Source: Octopus vulgaris
Taxonomy: Eukaryota
Length of the DNA: 64,000 nt
Direction of reading: 5' to 3'
Assembly: GCA_951406725.2 (NCBI GenBank)
Contig: OX597826.1
Coordinates: 50,964,001 to 51,028,000 of the forward strand
Every line of letters begins with the position of its first letter. The stretch's first letter is position 1. The translations under genes were made by a program, and so were the position numbers. Shown in pieces: positions 28,592-42,318 of the stretch. Below the pieces are notes generated by a model, which had not been told where the DNA came from, did no database searches, and was given only the letters and a program-made list of their open reading frames with translations.

Positions 28592-30255
28592 TTGCACTGC
28601 CAGGGACTGATAATAAACCATCAGCCTTTTGGTCTGTTGTCTCTAATACCCTATCAAAACAATCACCCTTGATCTATTCTCCACCTTAGTATATAGACAA
28701 AATGCAAATTGAACTCAGTTTCAAAATACTAATGAAGCAATCATCAATTTATACAGTTTGTAAATTTCATTGTTTACAGTTTTTGGTTGCACCAACTCAT
28801 ATTACTTATTTAGAGCTAGTTGAACTGAGCCAGTGAGAATGCTTGTGATAGGATATAACATCCTTATTCAGTTAACCTGCTGTGTTGCTTAATAGATACT
28901 ATCACAGGCTGGTATGAAACATCATAGTGTTAATGTCGGTTTGTTAGTGATAAAAAGGTTGGTATAATTGTTTTTTCATTATTTTCTAAAGATACAGATG
29001 TCTTTTAAGAAAAAAATAGTCAGGAGAAAGTACCATGATTCCATTCCAGTACATATTTAATTAGATTAACTTACAGTTCCTTGTGTCTGGCTATTGATGA
29101 CATTTACAACGGCAACTGGTGCCAAAAGGAAATGACTTTAAGCAATCAGACCATTAAAATCTATAACATGTCTGCAAGTGTTTTAATTAACTTTCTATTG
29201 ATGCTCTGCTACCCAAGAACTGAACATCTTTCAGTATCCAAAAAATATTTCTGTCTGGAGTTGGTTTGGAGTGTTGGCATTTGTTCATCATTCTTGCAAC
29301 GCTTTTCCAACAAGCGAGTAAACAATTGGAGAAAGACAGAATAAAAGAAATGACAACAACAACAATAATAATAATAATTATAAATAGAAAATAATGTTTT
29401 GCATTGAATCACAACTGGAACTTTCCCTTCTATTGTTAAAGCATATCATTGACTACTTCTGCTGGCTTGTTTTTCTTTGTATCATAAATATTCCCCCATC
29501 TGTTTCATATATTCTACATTGCTGACACAAAAGGAAGTACCACAAGTATTTCATTAGAAAGATGTCTAAGAACATGCAAGAAGCGAAGAAGCAGTTTGAG
29601 TGTTTTATCTTTCCTGTGTAGCAATATCTTTGCAGCATTGGCCAATTGTTAAAATCTTTCAAGGATTCTTGAAGTTCTTTTCTTAGAAAGCAGCTGGATG
29701 GGAGGAACAATAACCTTACTTGTCCAGAATATCTATTTTGCAGCCTAACCTCATTATTGTGAATAGTTTATAAGGATTTATGCCTTGTGTTTGATTTCTA
29801 TGGATTTCTCTTGCTGATTCATAATCTTGTGTTTATATAATGCTATTTTTAAATTAAAAATCTTTTTAATTTATTGCTTTGGTCATTTCATTGTATTGTT
29901 TAATAAATATCAGCCAATGATGGTAGTTATTTAGCAAGACAGCAGGCTAAGTGAATAAGGATGTTATATTTCATCACCAGCACTCTTGCTGGCTCAGTTG
30001 AACTAGCTCTAAATAAGTAGCATGAGTTGGTAAGTTAAATACTATAAATAATGAAATTAATTAATAAAGAGAATAACTTAATGATTGTTTCATTAGTTTC
30101 TAGTACTGAGTTCAAATTGCATTTTGTTTGCATACTGAGATGGTGAATGAATCATGAGTAATCGTTTTGAGAGAATCATGGGTAATTGTTTTGATAGGGT
30201 ATGAGAAACTACAAACCAAAAGATTGTTGGTTCATTATCACTCACTAGCACTGCA
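28592..30255. repeat. Long imperfect inverted repeat (~28592-28915 vs ~29907-30255) around ~1 kb of unique DNA
   Basis: 28791-28893 is the reverse complement of 29929-30031 with scattered mismatches; similarity continues outwards. Confidence 0.9.
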
Positions 30256-32034
30256 TTGTGTCCATCGATGAGTACTACAGTTCACACTGGGTTTGTCTGT
30301 CTAACTATATATAGGTTCTCTGGTAGATGCAGCTCACTAATGTCAGGTGATGGAGAATTGTACAACTGATTTTGTTTGATCCTTTTCCATATCATAACGG
30401 TCTGATGCTTGTCTCCAGACTCTGTAATGAGTGCAGGTATAGCTGAGTGGTTAAAAAGTTTGCTTTGCATTTATGTAAATCTTTGTTTGATCCAAGTATT
30501 ATAATAACGTATTCAAGTGAACCAGGTACTTAAATTATATGGCTATCTTTGTTGTAGGGATGAGATGCTTTGCTATCTGATTCCTCTCTACCTCTTCTTC
30601 ATTGCTATAAATCTTCGTTACCTCCCTACCCACACATGACATTGTGTTATTTTCTCCTATAATGCCACCAAACTGAACTAACAAATTCATTCTATGACCA
30701 TCAAGGGTCATAAAATCATGGAGGTGCACATCTTGTTGGCTTTTGAATGTTTTTGAATGTAGTGATTCATGTGTTCACCTAATGAAAATGTTTTTTTTCT
30801 AATGATGTAATGTCCTATGGATCAATTAAAAGTTTGTTGGTAAACAGCTGTAATGAATTGACACATTATCTATCTGTTGTTATTTATTTATTTACAAATA
30901 TGCATGTATTGATACATCATTATAGCGTCATAATAATAATTGTTTCCTTTTCTTATCTCCCCTGAAATAACCTCTTCATTTTCTTTTTTTCCTTCCTCCT
31001 TATTATCCTCCATGTTTGTTATTCTAAAAGTGAGCTTGTTTTCAACAGAACAAGCACTTCCCACATGTGTATGTATTTGGTATATTGAAGGCTAAGTGCA
31101 CTTTTTTTTTGTTTTAGAAGTGAGTATGAATTGAAGGAAATTTAGTGCTATTTCTAGCAGGGTAGGTATGCTTGCGAATGTGTGTGTGTGTGTGTGTGTG
31201 TAGACATATTCCATACACAATCTATTTGGCATTGGTTGAACATATACTACTCTGGACAGTCGTAATTAAAGAAAAGCAGAAGAGTGTTGTTATGTAAGGT
31301 GAAACTTGTGATAAAGTCAGGTAAAAAAAGGAAAGTATTTAGAACACGTGCACACACACACACACAGATAGGAACCATCTGGCAAAGGATGTTTGATAAT
31401 GTTTATGCGGCATGCTCTTTCACCAGTTTCTGGTCTTTACCATGTACAGAATTCCATATGTATCTGATGCTATTTTCTCCTGAAGATATCTACATATATT
31501 AAAGACAAAAACCAGTATATTGTTATAATGAGCAGGATAGGAAGTGTATTTAGATGTACAAGCTGTTTTAATTGTGTTAGTTCTGTAGAAAACAAATCCA
31601 CTTTTAGAACAATAAACATGGTGGATAACAAGGAGGAAGGAAAAGAAGAAAATAAAGAGGTTATTTCAGGGGAGGTAAAAAAGGAAAGAATTATTATTAT
31701 GATGATCTGATGTGCATATGATTGTAAATCCATAAAAAAAATTAGTAAGAATAAATGAAGTGTTTTGTTTAATTTCAAATATTTCTAAAAAGAATGATGA
31801 AATGCTATACATGATTACCATTGACTAAAAACTTTAAGAACTTCATAGTAAATAAACAACAAAAAGCATCCTTATGTGTATTCTATGCATTTTTTTCTTA
31901 TTCATTAATTTCAAATTCAAATTGCTAATCCTACCAAATATTATGAAGAAATGATTATCTCCCTTGTATTAACTGTCCACTAGGGTACAATGTTATTTCT
32001 GTTTCCTTTTTAAGTGGAAATGAAAGTATATAGT

Positions 32035-32336
32035 TCATTTTTGGATTTGGTTTGCAAGATTTTTTATATGAGTTCGTGTGTTGAAGCATATTCTGTTGTG
32101 TCTGGGGAGAGTCATTTTCTTTTTGTGTCTTATAATGTAACACACTCACCGGTGAAATTTCCACTTATTTCTTATTTTTATTTTCCTTGACTCTCAAGAG
32201 AGTCAAGACTATTGAAAAGGTTGCAAGACGCAATGAAAATTTTAGGAAAATAAAAATAAGAAAGATGTGGGAATTTCACCGGCGAGTGTGTTACATTATA
32301 AGGCACAAAAAGAAAATGACTCTCCCCAGACACAAC
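32035..32336. mobile_element. PLE-like fold-back insertion with 12-bp TSD
   Basis: aaagtatatagt at 32023-32034 and 32337-32348; inverted arms ~32095-32186 and ~32245-32336. Confidence 0.85.
32209..32246 (+). ncRNA. Hammerhead-like motif with U3-A8 core
   Basis: cta TTGAAAA g gttgc-aagac-gcaat GAAA at TT tag; palindromic AAAATTTT in the stem III region. Confidence 0.45.
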
Positions 32337-32592
32337 AAAGTATATAGTGTTGGGCTTACAATTGTTCAGTTCTCAGATTAAGTGGCATGGGTTCAATTCC
32401 TTGGCTGGACTGTGTATTGTCTTTGAGCAGAGCAGTTCATTTCACATATATTTTAAATCTGGTACTTACTTATTCTATAATTCTCTGATTTTTTTTAACT
32501 GCTAAGTTGTGGCTGACATGAACAAACACTAGTTGTCATCAGCTATGAAACAATGGTACACATGCACACACATGATATGCTTCAATATAGTT

Positions 32593-33050
32593 TCTTATTC
32601 CTTTACTGCCCACAAGGGGCTAAACATAGAGGGGACATACAAGGACAGACAAAGAGATTAAGTTGATTACATCAACCCCAGTGTGAAACTGGTACTTAAT
32701 TTATAGACCCCAAAATGATGAAAGGCAAAGTCGACCTCGGCGGAATTTGAACTCAGAACGTAACGGCAGATGATATACCTATTTCTTTATTACCCACAAG
32801 GGGCTAAACACAGAGGGGACAAACAAGGACAGACATAGGTATTAAGTCGATTATATCGACCCCAGTGCGTAACTGGTACTTAATTTATCGACCCCGAAAG
32901 GATGAAAGGCAAAGTCGACCTCGGCGGAATTTGAACTCACAACGTAACGCAGACGAAATACCGCTAAACATTTCGCCCGGCGTGCTATAATATATGATAT
33001 ACCCCTTATCATTTCACCCGTCGTGTTAACGTTTCTGCCAGCTCGCCGCC
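32593..33050 (-). mobile_element. SINE nested in a same-family SINE, itself inside a CORE-type SINE
   Basis: tgatatacc duplicated at 32771-32779 and 32995-33003. Confidence 0.8.
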
Positions 33051-33298
33051 TTGATACAGTTTCTGCCTGCCAAGTTCACTCACTAGACACTAGAAGGCCT
33101 GAAGTTACAAAAAAAAAAAAAAAAAAGAGGCACTTGCATGAGACTGAACCTAAAATCAAGTGAATACAGGATGCACTTCTTAATGCTGTGTCTAACCTCT
33201 GGTATTAGATTCAAAATATATCAAATAAGATTTTATGATCAAATTTCAATAATCATTCAATTTATGATCTCAAAAGCCATTTATAATAACATCCTATC

Positions 33299-33373
<75 letters not shown>

Positions 33374-34214
33374 AATAAAGAATTATATTTAGTGTTCAAA
33401 ATTTTACTGCTCTATAAACAAAAGTTAAATGATTTATTAGAAGATTTAATGTTTATATATTTATAAATGTTTTTCAAAAATTTATATTGAATTAATATTC
33501 AATTATGACTTATATAATGTTTTGAATTTAGATCTGTGTGAGTATATATGTATGGAGGTATGTATATGTGGATGGATGTATGTATAAAATCATCATTTAA
33601 CATTCGTTTTAAATTTGTTCATGTCTGTTTGTGTATGTGTATACACACGCGGACATGCGTGTGCATGTTCTACATTGATTTGTATCAAGTTATACACTGT
33701 TTCTTGCATGTAGTTCTATATATTTTAGATTGTTAGTAAATTATACAATGATTTGCAAAGATCCCTTCTTTTTACCAAGTATAAATGTAGGTCCTTTGTG
33801 CGTATGTGGGTGATCTATGTTTGCATTTTAATTTCTCTTTACCAACCTTGCAAACTGATGCAAGCTGACTCATGAACCTTACCCAGAATCTCAACACCGT
33901 GGCTGTAGTACAATGTGAACTTAACTCATTAATATATACTTACTAAAGGTACTGATTGTTGTATATTGCCTCCCACAGGAGGGGACAAGCACATAACTTG
34001 AAAGGGTATTGCATGTGGAATATGTTTGTTTGCCAGCCTGAGTTTCAGGGTCAGTGGCTGTGGCTGTAATTTTTGAACTCATGATCATATTATTAATAAT
34101 TTATTCACCATTCTTAGCCTCATTATTATTCTGACCTTGTGTGTGTGCGGGTATAAATTTATGCATATATATGTGTGTGTGTGTGTGTGTGTGTTTACAT
34201 ATAGATGTATATGT

Positions 34215-34253
<39 letters not shown>

Positions 34254-34264
34254 ACATATGTGTG

Positions 34265-34295
<31 letters not shown>

Positions 34296-34369
34296 GCATG
34301 TATGTAGTAATTTCTTTTTTAGTCAGGTAGAAAAGCTTGTGATGTGACCTTTACCATTACAATTTGTAC

Positions 34370-34650
34370 AGTTTTTTTTAAAGTTCTTCACAAACACACG
34401 GAATATATTGGCAGGGGAGGGAATTCCAGAACTTTATTGTGTCTGGGGAATAAGGATTGAGTGACAAGGTTAGAGTCGGTGATTTATGTGGTGAGAGGTA
34501 GTGGAAAGTCAGAAAGGAAGGTTAGGGTTGTGGTTGTAGAAGTGATGATATACCGTGCTAGTCAGTTCAGAGGTTGCAGCATGGTGGTGAGTGAATCTTT
34601 ACCTCATGTCTTGTAAATTCTTCAACTTGATGGGAAGCTTAATATTGACT
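34370..34650 (-). mobile_element. CR1/L2-like LINE 3' fragment
   Basis: Minus strand SLFPR/TIKFWNSLP (frameshifted), the typical ORF2 C-terminal motif. Confidence 0.55.
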
Positions 34651-34771
34651 TGATGACATATATCCATTTTTTTTTTCCATTGCATTCTTGAAGCAACATT
34701 TAACAGAACAGCAATAATTGCAGCAGTTTTGTTTTTATGTTGTTTTTCATTATTTGTTATGTTACATTACA

Positions 34772-35503
34772 TATCCCATAGTCTGGTTACCATTGGGGCA
34801 CTACTGATGACTTTGCAACCAGATCTCTCCACCTGTCTCTATCTTCTGCCTCTCGCACTGCGTCTCTCATTTTTAGGCCTGTCTGCCCACAGATATTGTT
34901 TCCCCACCCCTTTGTCTGTCTCTGCATCTTCCACCTTGTTCCCTGAAAGATTGTTTTGGTGATCCTTGAGTAGCAGATAACATGCCCAAACCACCTGAGC
35001 TTCCATTTCTTTTACTGTGGTAAGAAGTTCCTCATGGGGCCCTATTGCCTGCATTATTCTTCTTTTCACCTCCTCATTTGTGACACAATCTCTATATGAT
35101 ATTCCCCAAAGTCTCCTGAAATTTTTCATCTCTGCAGCCTGGATTCTTCTTTCGATTTCTGCTCTCAGTGTCCATGTCTCAAAGGCATACAAGAATATTA
35201 AGATCACTAGTGATCTCATTAGCCTAATTTTGGAGCTCAGTGAGATATTTTTGGCTCTCCACAGTGTTCTGAATTTGATCATTGCTGCTGTTGTTTTGGT
35301 AATGTAGGATATCATATCAGATTTGGAACTTTGGTCACTCACTATCACCCCAAGATATTTGAAGTTTTGAAATTACTCAAGCTCAACTCCACTGATGCTT
35401 ATGTTGGTACTGATTCCATTTGGGCAATTTGCCATAACTTTTGTTTTCTCTGTGCTTATCTCCATGCCAAATTCATTGGTTGTCTTGTCTAGGTGCTCTA
35501 CTA
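34772..35503 (-). mobile_element. RTE-clade LINE 3' fragment
   Basis: FGMEISTEKTKVM..FKYLGVIV..KIRLMRSLVILIFLYAFETWTL..RIQAAEMK..GISYRDCVTNEEV. Confidence 0.9.
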
Positions 35504-35689
35504 GTTAAAAGACCATATACATAAATAGATCTTAAATTGATTTCAAATTTTGGCTCAAGGCCAGTAATTTTGGGAATTGAATAAATTGATTACATTGACC
35601 CCATTGTTCAATTAGTACTTATTTTAAGGATGAATGCAAAGATGGACGAAATGCTGCTAAGCATTTTGCCCACTGTGCTAATTGTTCTG

Positions 35690-36070
35690 TAGATGTAATA
35701 TTAATAACAACAATTGTAGCAATTCTGTTTTATTTTTCAATGTTTGTTTGTTATATACTGGACATTAAAAAAACCATACACATAAATGAATAATTGTAGC
35801 TGCTCTGTTTTATTTCTCATTGTATATGATATACTGGACATTAAAAGACCATATACATAAGTAAACCTGATTTCAACAGCAATGACCATAGCAGTTCTCT
35901 GTTTTATTATTCATTGTTTGTTATGTACTGGACATTAAAAGACCATACACATGAGTAAATCTAATATTAACAACAATAATTGTAGCATCTGTTTTATTTT
36001 CCATTGTTTGTCATATACTGGATATTAAAAGACTGTATGCATGAGTAAATCTGGTGTTAACAACAAGCAT
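35690..36070. repeat. ~80-bp tandem repeat, ~5 diverged units
   Basis: Recurring atactggacattaaaagaccatac..aacaacaataattgtagc; partial units near 34700 and 35505. Confidence 0.85.
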
Positions 36071-37150
36071 ACCTATAGTTTTTTTTTAAATGTGTTGATG
36101 GGATACATGAATTTTTCTTCTGTGAAAGATTGAAAAATTAAATTTCTTGTTCTTTTTGTAAAACACTGTTTGACCCTAATTGGGGATCACTCATTCAAGT
36201 GAAAATAGATGACTAAAAAAGGGAGCCTCTGCATTTTTTCAGCTTGCTAGAAATAGCAGCCAAATCTTGAAGGAGAGTGGGCTGCTATTTCTGTTATTTT
36301 ACACTGATGTCTCCAAAAAGAGGGGAAGTGCTCATTTAATAATGTAATCCTAAATATACAATACCTAAAACTAATCCAGGCACAGGCTACTCAATCAGAA
36401 ATGCCATGGTTTTAAGCAATAAAAATAACAAACATATCAGGAGGTAACCTTAGAGAAGGAAAGTAATTGTAACTAACTTATGACAATGTAATGTCAGTTC
36501 ACATGTACAGCAGCAGTATAAAGGTTATTGACACGATCTATACTTTTCTTTTCTTTGACTTAGGTCACTTGCTTAGTTTTGATCTTTTATTTTTTACCTG
36601 CTTGTCATTGGACTGAAGCCATGCTGGAGCTTGAAAGGCTTAGTCAAACAAATTGACCTCAGTACTTGCTTTTTAAGCTTGGTATTTTATGCTGTTGATC
36701 TCATTTGCGAAACCACTAAATTATGGGGCATAAATGAACTAACACCAATCAAGTGGTGGTGGGGGACAAGCACAAAGGCATACACCTGCCCACCCACACA
36801 TACATATCATCATCATTAGCATCTGCTTTCCATGGGTCAGACAATTTGAGATTGATCCTTACTGCTTCCTTAGTCTTCCTCTTCTGCTAGTTTCATCTTC
36901 TTGGATCACTCGGTACTTCTTTAACAAACTGTCTTCCTAGGTAAATGTATCACATGACCATATCATCAAAGTCTTCTCTCTTGTATTCTACAGATGGCTC
37001 CTCATTTTGTCTCTTCGTTTATGTCTCATTTGTTCATTCACAGTAATATTTACACATCCAGCTGAGCAAGTTTGCATCATTTTTTTTTTCCAATTTGCAT
37101 TATACGCATCATTCTCAGATCTGTCTGGTTTGTGGCTTACAGCATATTGA

Positions 37151-37185
<35 letters not shown>

Positions 37186-39508
37186 AATTATTGTATACAG
37201 TGCTCAGGTGCACCACAACTTGTCAGAAGTACATATAAAGCATATGCAGTAATGCACATTGGAGTAGCCATTATGGAATATCCTAACATGTCAATTAAAA
37301 GCCCCCAACCATGATATCTTCTGTTATTGAGGAATCTACAAGATGACTTCATGAAATGGTCCTTTTACTCATCTGTCAGTCATGGTTAGGGTTTAAAGAT
37401 CATCTTTTGTTACCTGTCACATACTTTCACTACTTCAGTTGATCTAATTCTTTATCAATATGCCTATCCACCCACTAACTACTCTTCTAAAAATTTGTCC
37501 CTGTGTCTCTTGCCTGTATAAAGTCTGGCTGAGCTGAGGCTACCCTCTGTATTACCTCTTCTATGCAGCACAGATCTGCTCACATGGTAACAGTCACTTT
37601 GTGCCTATGTATTGAACATAAAAATAGTCTTCTTCATATATAATGTACACTTTTCTATGCTTGCATGACTTTGACAAAGTTTATTGAGGCAGATTTTCTA
37701 CAGCTGGATGTTCATTCTGTTGCCAACCCATGGCCAGACATGTTTTCACAGAAATATTGTGTTTAACAAAAGCAGAACTCAAAACATTTACTATAAAAAA
37801 CAACTTGTATTCTTTTGTTGGCAAGTTAGCCATAATGTGTCTAATCGAAAGGTTAGAGTTTCTTCCCTTTCAGGGTTAAGTTATTTTCAGTGTATATTCC
37901 CATTAGGCACAGTTTTGGGTATTTATACCCCACAAAACCCCTAATATCTCAGGAACCAGTTGTCCAACTTACACAAAACTTGTTTTATTCCGTTTGTATT
38001 CACATTTCAGGAGAACCTTAATTCATAGTATTTTCCCAATATGCACCAGTTTTGCTGTATAACATTGCAAGCAAGCAAGGTTGAAGTTCATTTTTAATGT
38101 AATATATAGATAGATAGATATATTTTGTTGCAATCCTGGCTTTAATCAATGATATTGTATGAAGCTTCTTATTGAGTTGCTTTACTGTTGTCCCATGAGT
38201 TATATTCGTGTTTGTTATTTTCCTTTACATGCATTGTTGTTATTTTTTTGAAGCAGCTGTGTTTTGTTGAAGCTATATGTACACACACACACACACACAC
38301 ACTACCTTCTTAACCATTCAACTGTGCAGTAATAAATAAAACCAGTTTTATGTTAAATTAGACAAAGAAGAATAGGCTACCATGCAACTAGTGTCCACCA
38401 ATTTCCAAGGATCCAGTACAATGGTTACACTCAGGTCTATGTAGTCCTTCACCCTTAACTCACAAAAGGAAAATAAAAACATGTTTTGTCACAATATATT
38501 TTATCTAAACTTTTCTTCAATATAAAATTGCCATGTAAGTCCTTGACATAAAACCATTGTTTATTCATGCTTGTTACTACTGGATTATCTCTCCCATAAA
38601 TCTTTATATGTATAGCTTTCTGCTATACATATAAAGGTGAAGGGTGAATAAGATATTGTGACACTCATGCTGTTCTTAAGAGTATGAAAAATCTAAGATT
38701 GCTACATAGCTACAACTTTACACTGGAATTGGATTAACTTTTGGGAGTTCTATCTTGTGGGCCACATCTAAGTAGCTATATTATGATAAAACCTGCATAA
38801 GACAATAAAGCTCCAGCTTCAGAGCTCTGGAGTTTTGGGGAGTATGTAGTTACTCTCTAGTCACCACTACTCCTAAATCTACCCCTCAAAGTGGTAGTAC
38901 CTGTCAGAGGCCTTAATAAAGGATCAAATAGTAAAAGCTGGTTTTGTGGTTAAGATATACAGGACTGGGAAGTAGATTGGGTCCTAATCATGTGATCATG
39001 CTAGCCTAGTGTGTGTGAACATAGCATAAGGTCATCTAAACCAGTTCCCCTACCTAAGAGTTAAATAGGCACTGTGTCTTAAGGGCAGGTTTGGGAGAAT
39101 AGGGGAGCAGCAGAGTAAACTATAAATAAACTAGCAGAAGGCAACAGGAAAAATCATAAATCTTCAGACTTTGGCATGGCAGTCAATAAGTTGCTAGTGC
39201 CTAAGAGCGTAGCACATGTGGTTAAGAGATTTGCTTCTGAACCACATAGTTTCAGGTTCTGTCTCACTGTATGGCACCTTGAGCGAGTGTCTTTTACTCT
39301 AACTTTGATCTGACCAAAGCTTTATGAGTTGATTTGGTAGATGGAAACTAAAAGAAGCCAATTGTATTTCATATATATATATATATATATATAAAAACGA
39401 AGGATCTGAGGGAGTAATTACAAGGTAGCTAAATGTTGCTTAATTGTCCTAGGAAACAATGGACACATTTGTGTTGGAGTTGAATTTGGGGACAAGCAAG
39501 ACGCATTT

Positions 39509-39826
39509 AGGAGAAAAATAAGAAAAATAGAAAAAGGAGACAAATGCTCAAGATATTATTATATCATTTATATCTTCATATCTCCTACACATGTTTCGAT
39601 GGATGCATCCAAAATGAATAATGGTCAGCTATGCAGATATATCTGTTCAAATGTCTATTTGATGAGTACTGTTATTGATATCCTCCCTGAAGAGATTGAT
39701 GCATAGCTGACCATTCATCCTGTTGGATGTATTTTAGATGTATCCATCGAAACATGTGTAGGAGATATGAAGATATAAATGATTTAATAACATCTTGAGC
39801 ATTTGTCTCCTTTTTTATTTTCCTAT
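39509..39826. mobile_element. PLE-like fold-back remnant
   Basis: ~39509-39635 is the inverted copy of ~39700-39826; (TA)n tracts on both sides. Confidence 0.8.
39678..39768 (+). ncRNA. Type I hammerhead ribozyme
   Basis: atat(c)ctcc CTGAAGA gattgatgcat..atgtatccatc GAAA c atgt GTA ggagatat; stems I and II pair; GUA cleavage triplet at 39758-39760. Confidence 0.75.
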
Positions 39827-39839
39827 ATGTATATATATA

Positions 39840-39876
<37 letters not shown>

Positions 39877-40695
39877 TTGTGCAAAAGTCTGTGTGTGGGT
39901 GTATGTTTGTGTTTCCTTGTCTTGACATTGCATGATAGTTGTAAATGAATTTTAGTTATACAAACAGTGTCAGTTCATTTCCAATATTTCATGGAAATAT
40001 GTCCGGCAATGTAGAAATACTATCTTGCTTGGTGACAGGAAAGGCATCTGGTCTTAAAAAAACTCTGTCTCAATAGATTCCATCCAATTCTTGCAAGTAT
40101 GGAAAAGTAGATGTTAAAATGAGGATGATGATGATGTTACCATGGAAACAGAATAAATTTATTTTTGTAATTAATTTCTCAGGAAATAAGATAATGTTGT
40201 TTATTCTTATACCAGCTCTGGTTGAGCACACCTATGAAGAAAGGGCATTCCCCTTTTTTATATTTTTTTTCAACTGCAGTGTATCTTGGATAACATTATA
40301 TAATGTGTTCTTCCTTGTTTGTAGAAAAGTAGAATATGAAAGTAGTTTGGATCTATTTCTTGCTGGTTGCACGACCACATAGAGGCTTCCTCATTGGCTT
40401 AAGCTACCACATGTGCACCAATTAATGAGTTAAGTTACGTTAGTTTGTTTTGCTTATGATTTGTATTACCTTTTTTGTTTCTTATACTATCTTTAACGAA
40501 GAAGGATAATGAGCAAAAACATAATCAGTGCTTAATAGCAGTAAGTTTTCTCTCTCGTATGTTTTCCATCTTTGAGATATCAGTTCCTGTTTTATCAGTG
40601 GAAAGTTGGTTATCTTTGACAAGCAAATTTTTTTTTTACATTGGAAGTTTTCCCAACATTCTGAACATGAGGCCATATGTATACACACGCACACA

Positions 40696-40762
<67 letters not shown>

Positions 40763-42020
40763 ACGTGTATGAATATCACATTAGTTTTTAATACTTCCTG
40801 GTGGTTTAGTAGAAGTAGAATTGTTTTCTCTGACCTTCGTCAGTGTCAGAGTCTTAGAACCATCAGTAAAATCAGAAGAATGTGTTCCAAGATAGAAATT
40901 TTACTGAGATAAACTGCTGGAAAATGTTATTCTATTTCAATGTATAATAGCTTAGAAGAAGAAAAGAAAAAAACATGAAGCTGAATAACAAACAAATGGA
41001 AAAGGTAACACAGGTGAAATGAATGTTTAAATATAAGAGAAAAAAAAGAAATGAATTGCATGTTGTTGTGCTGTGTGATTCTGAAGTGGAGACTGATGTT
41101 TTTTGGGTGGAGTTCCTTTTTTAGAGAAGGAATGAGAGAATGCAGTGTGCAAGGCTATACAATAATAACAACAACACTTTCTAATTTTGACACAAGGTCA
41201 GTAATTTTGAGAGTAGATGGCTAGGTGGGTGGGTGGTAGGCAAGTCAGTTATATCAACCCCAATACTTGACTGGTATCTTTTGTCTTTTCTCTTTTACTT
41301 GTTTTAGTCATTAGACTGTGGCCATGCTGGGGCACTGCCTTGAATTTTAGTTGAAGGAATCCAACCCAGTTCATATTTTTTTAAAGTACTGGCTCTTATT
41401 CTATTGGTCTCCTTTTTTGAACCGCTAAGTTACAGGGATGTAAACATTCCACCATCAGTTGTCAAACAATGGTGGGGGACAAACACAAAGGCGCATTCAC
41501 ACACACACATACATATATGACAGGCATCTTTCAGTTACTGCCTACCAAATCCACCCACAAGGCTTTGGTCAGCCCCAGGCCACTGTAGAAGACACTTGGC
41601 CAAGGTGCCATGCAGTGGGACTGAACCCAGGACCATGTGGTTGGGAAGCAAGCTTCTTACCACAAAGCCATGCCATATTATTTCATTGACTCTAAAAGAA
41701 TGAAAGGCAAAGTTGACCTCACTAGGATTTGAGCTTAGAATGTAACAGTTGTCCACTATAAGCATAAGCTTGAAATTTGGAGAGAGGGACTAGTCTATTA
41801 CATTGATCATAGTGTTTGGTACCTATTTTATTGACCCCAAAAGGACAAAAGGCGCAGTTGACCTCTGCGGAATTTGAATACAGACTGTAATGAAGAAATG
41901 CTACTAATCATTTTATACAATGTGTTAATGTTTCTGCCAATAATAGCACCTAAATACCTCCTCAAATTACACCCTACTATCTTAAAGAGGAATTGCACAT
42001 TGAATAATGTAGTCCTAGAC

Positions 42021-42318
42021 TAGTGATTCCCAAACATTTTCAGGTCACCGTCCCCTTAATGCCCAGGCCACATTCCTAATGCCCCCCTCTCCACTCACCA
42101 CCACAAACATAGACCACTTTCTGCAGCAAATTCAAAACAACTGTATTTTGCAATTAAAGTTTAACCTAATTCACCTATTATTTTGGGTTTTTACATCCAT
42201 TGACCCCTTTTGGCCACTCCATTATCACCCCCACTTTTCTTCAACCCTCCCCCACTACCTGTTTTTTTCCATCACCCCCAAGGGGGCAGTACTATCCACC
42301 TTGGGAACTGTCATACTA
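42021..42318. mobile_element. hAT-like MITE
   Basis: Left end tagtgattcccaaac, degenerate right end ttgggaac..cta; 8-bp tcctagac at 42013-42020 and 42319-42326. Confidence 0.65.

Noticed and set aside
29081-29710. ORFs inside the long inverted repeat as a gene
   Set aside because: Short, on both strands, with no recognisable motif.
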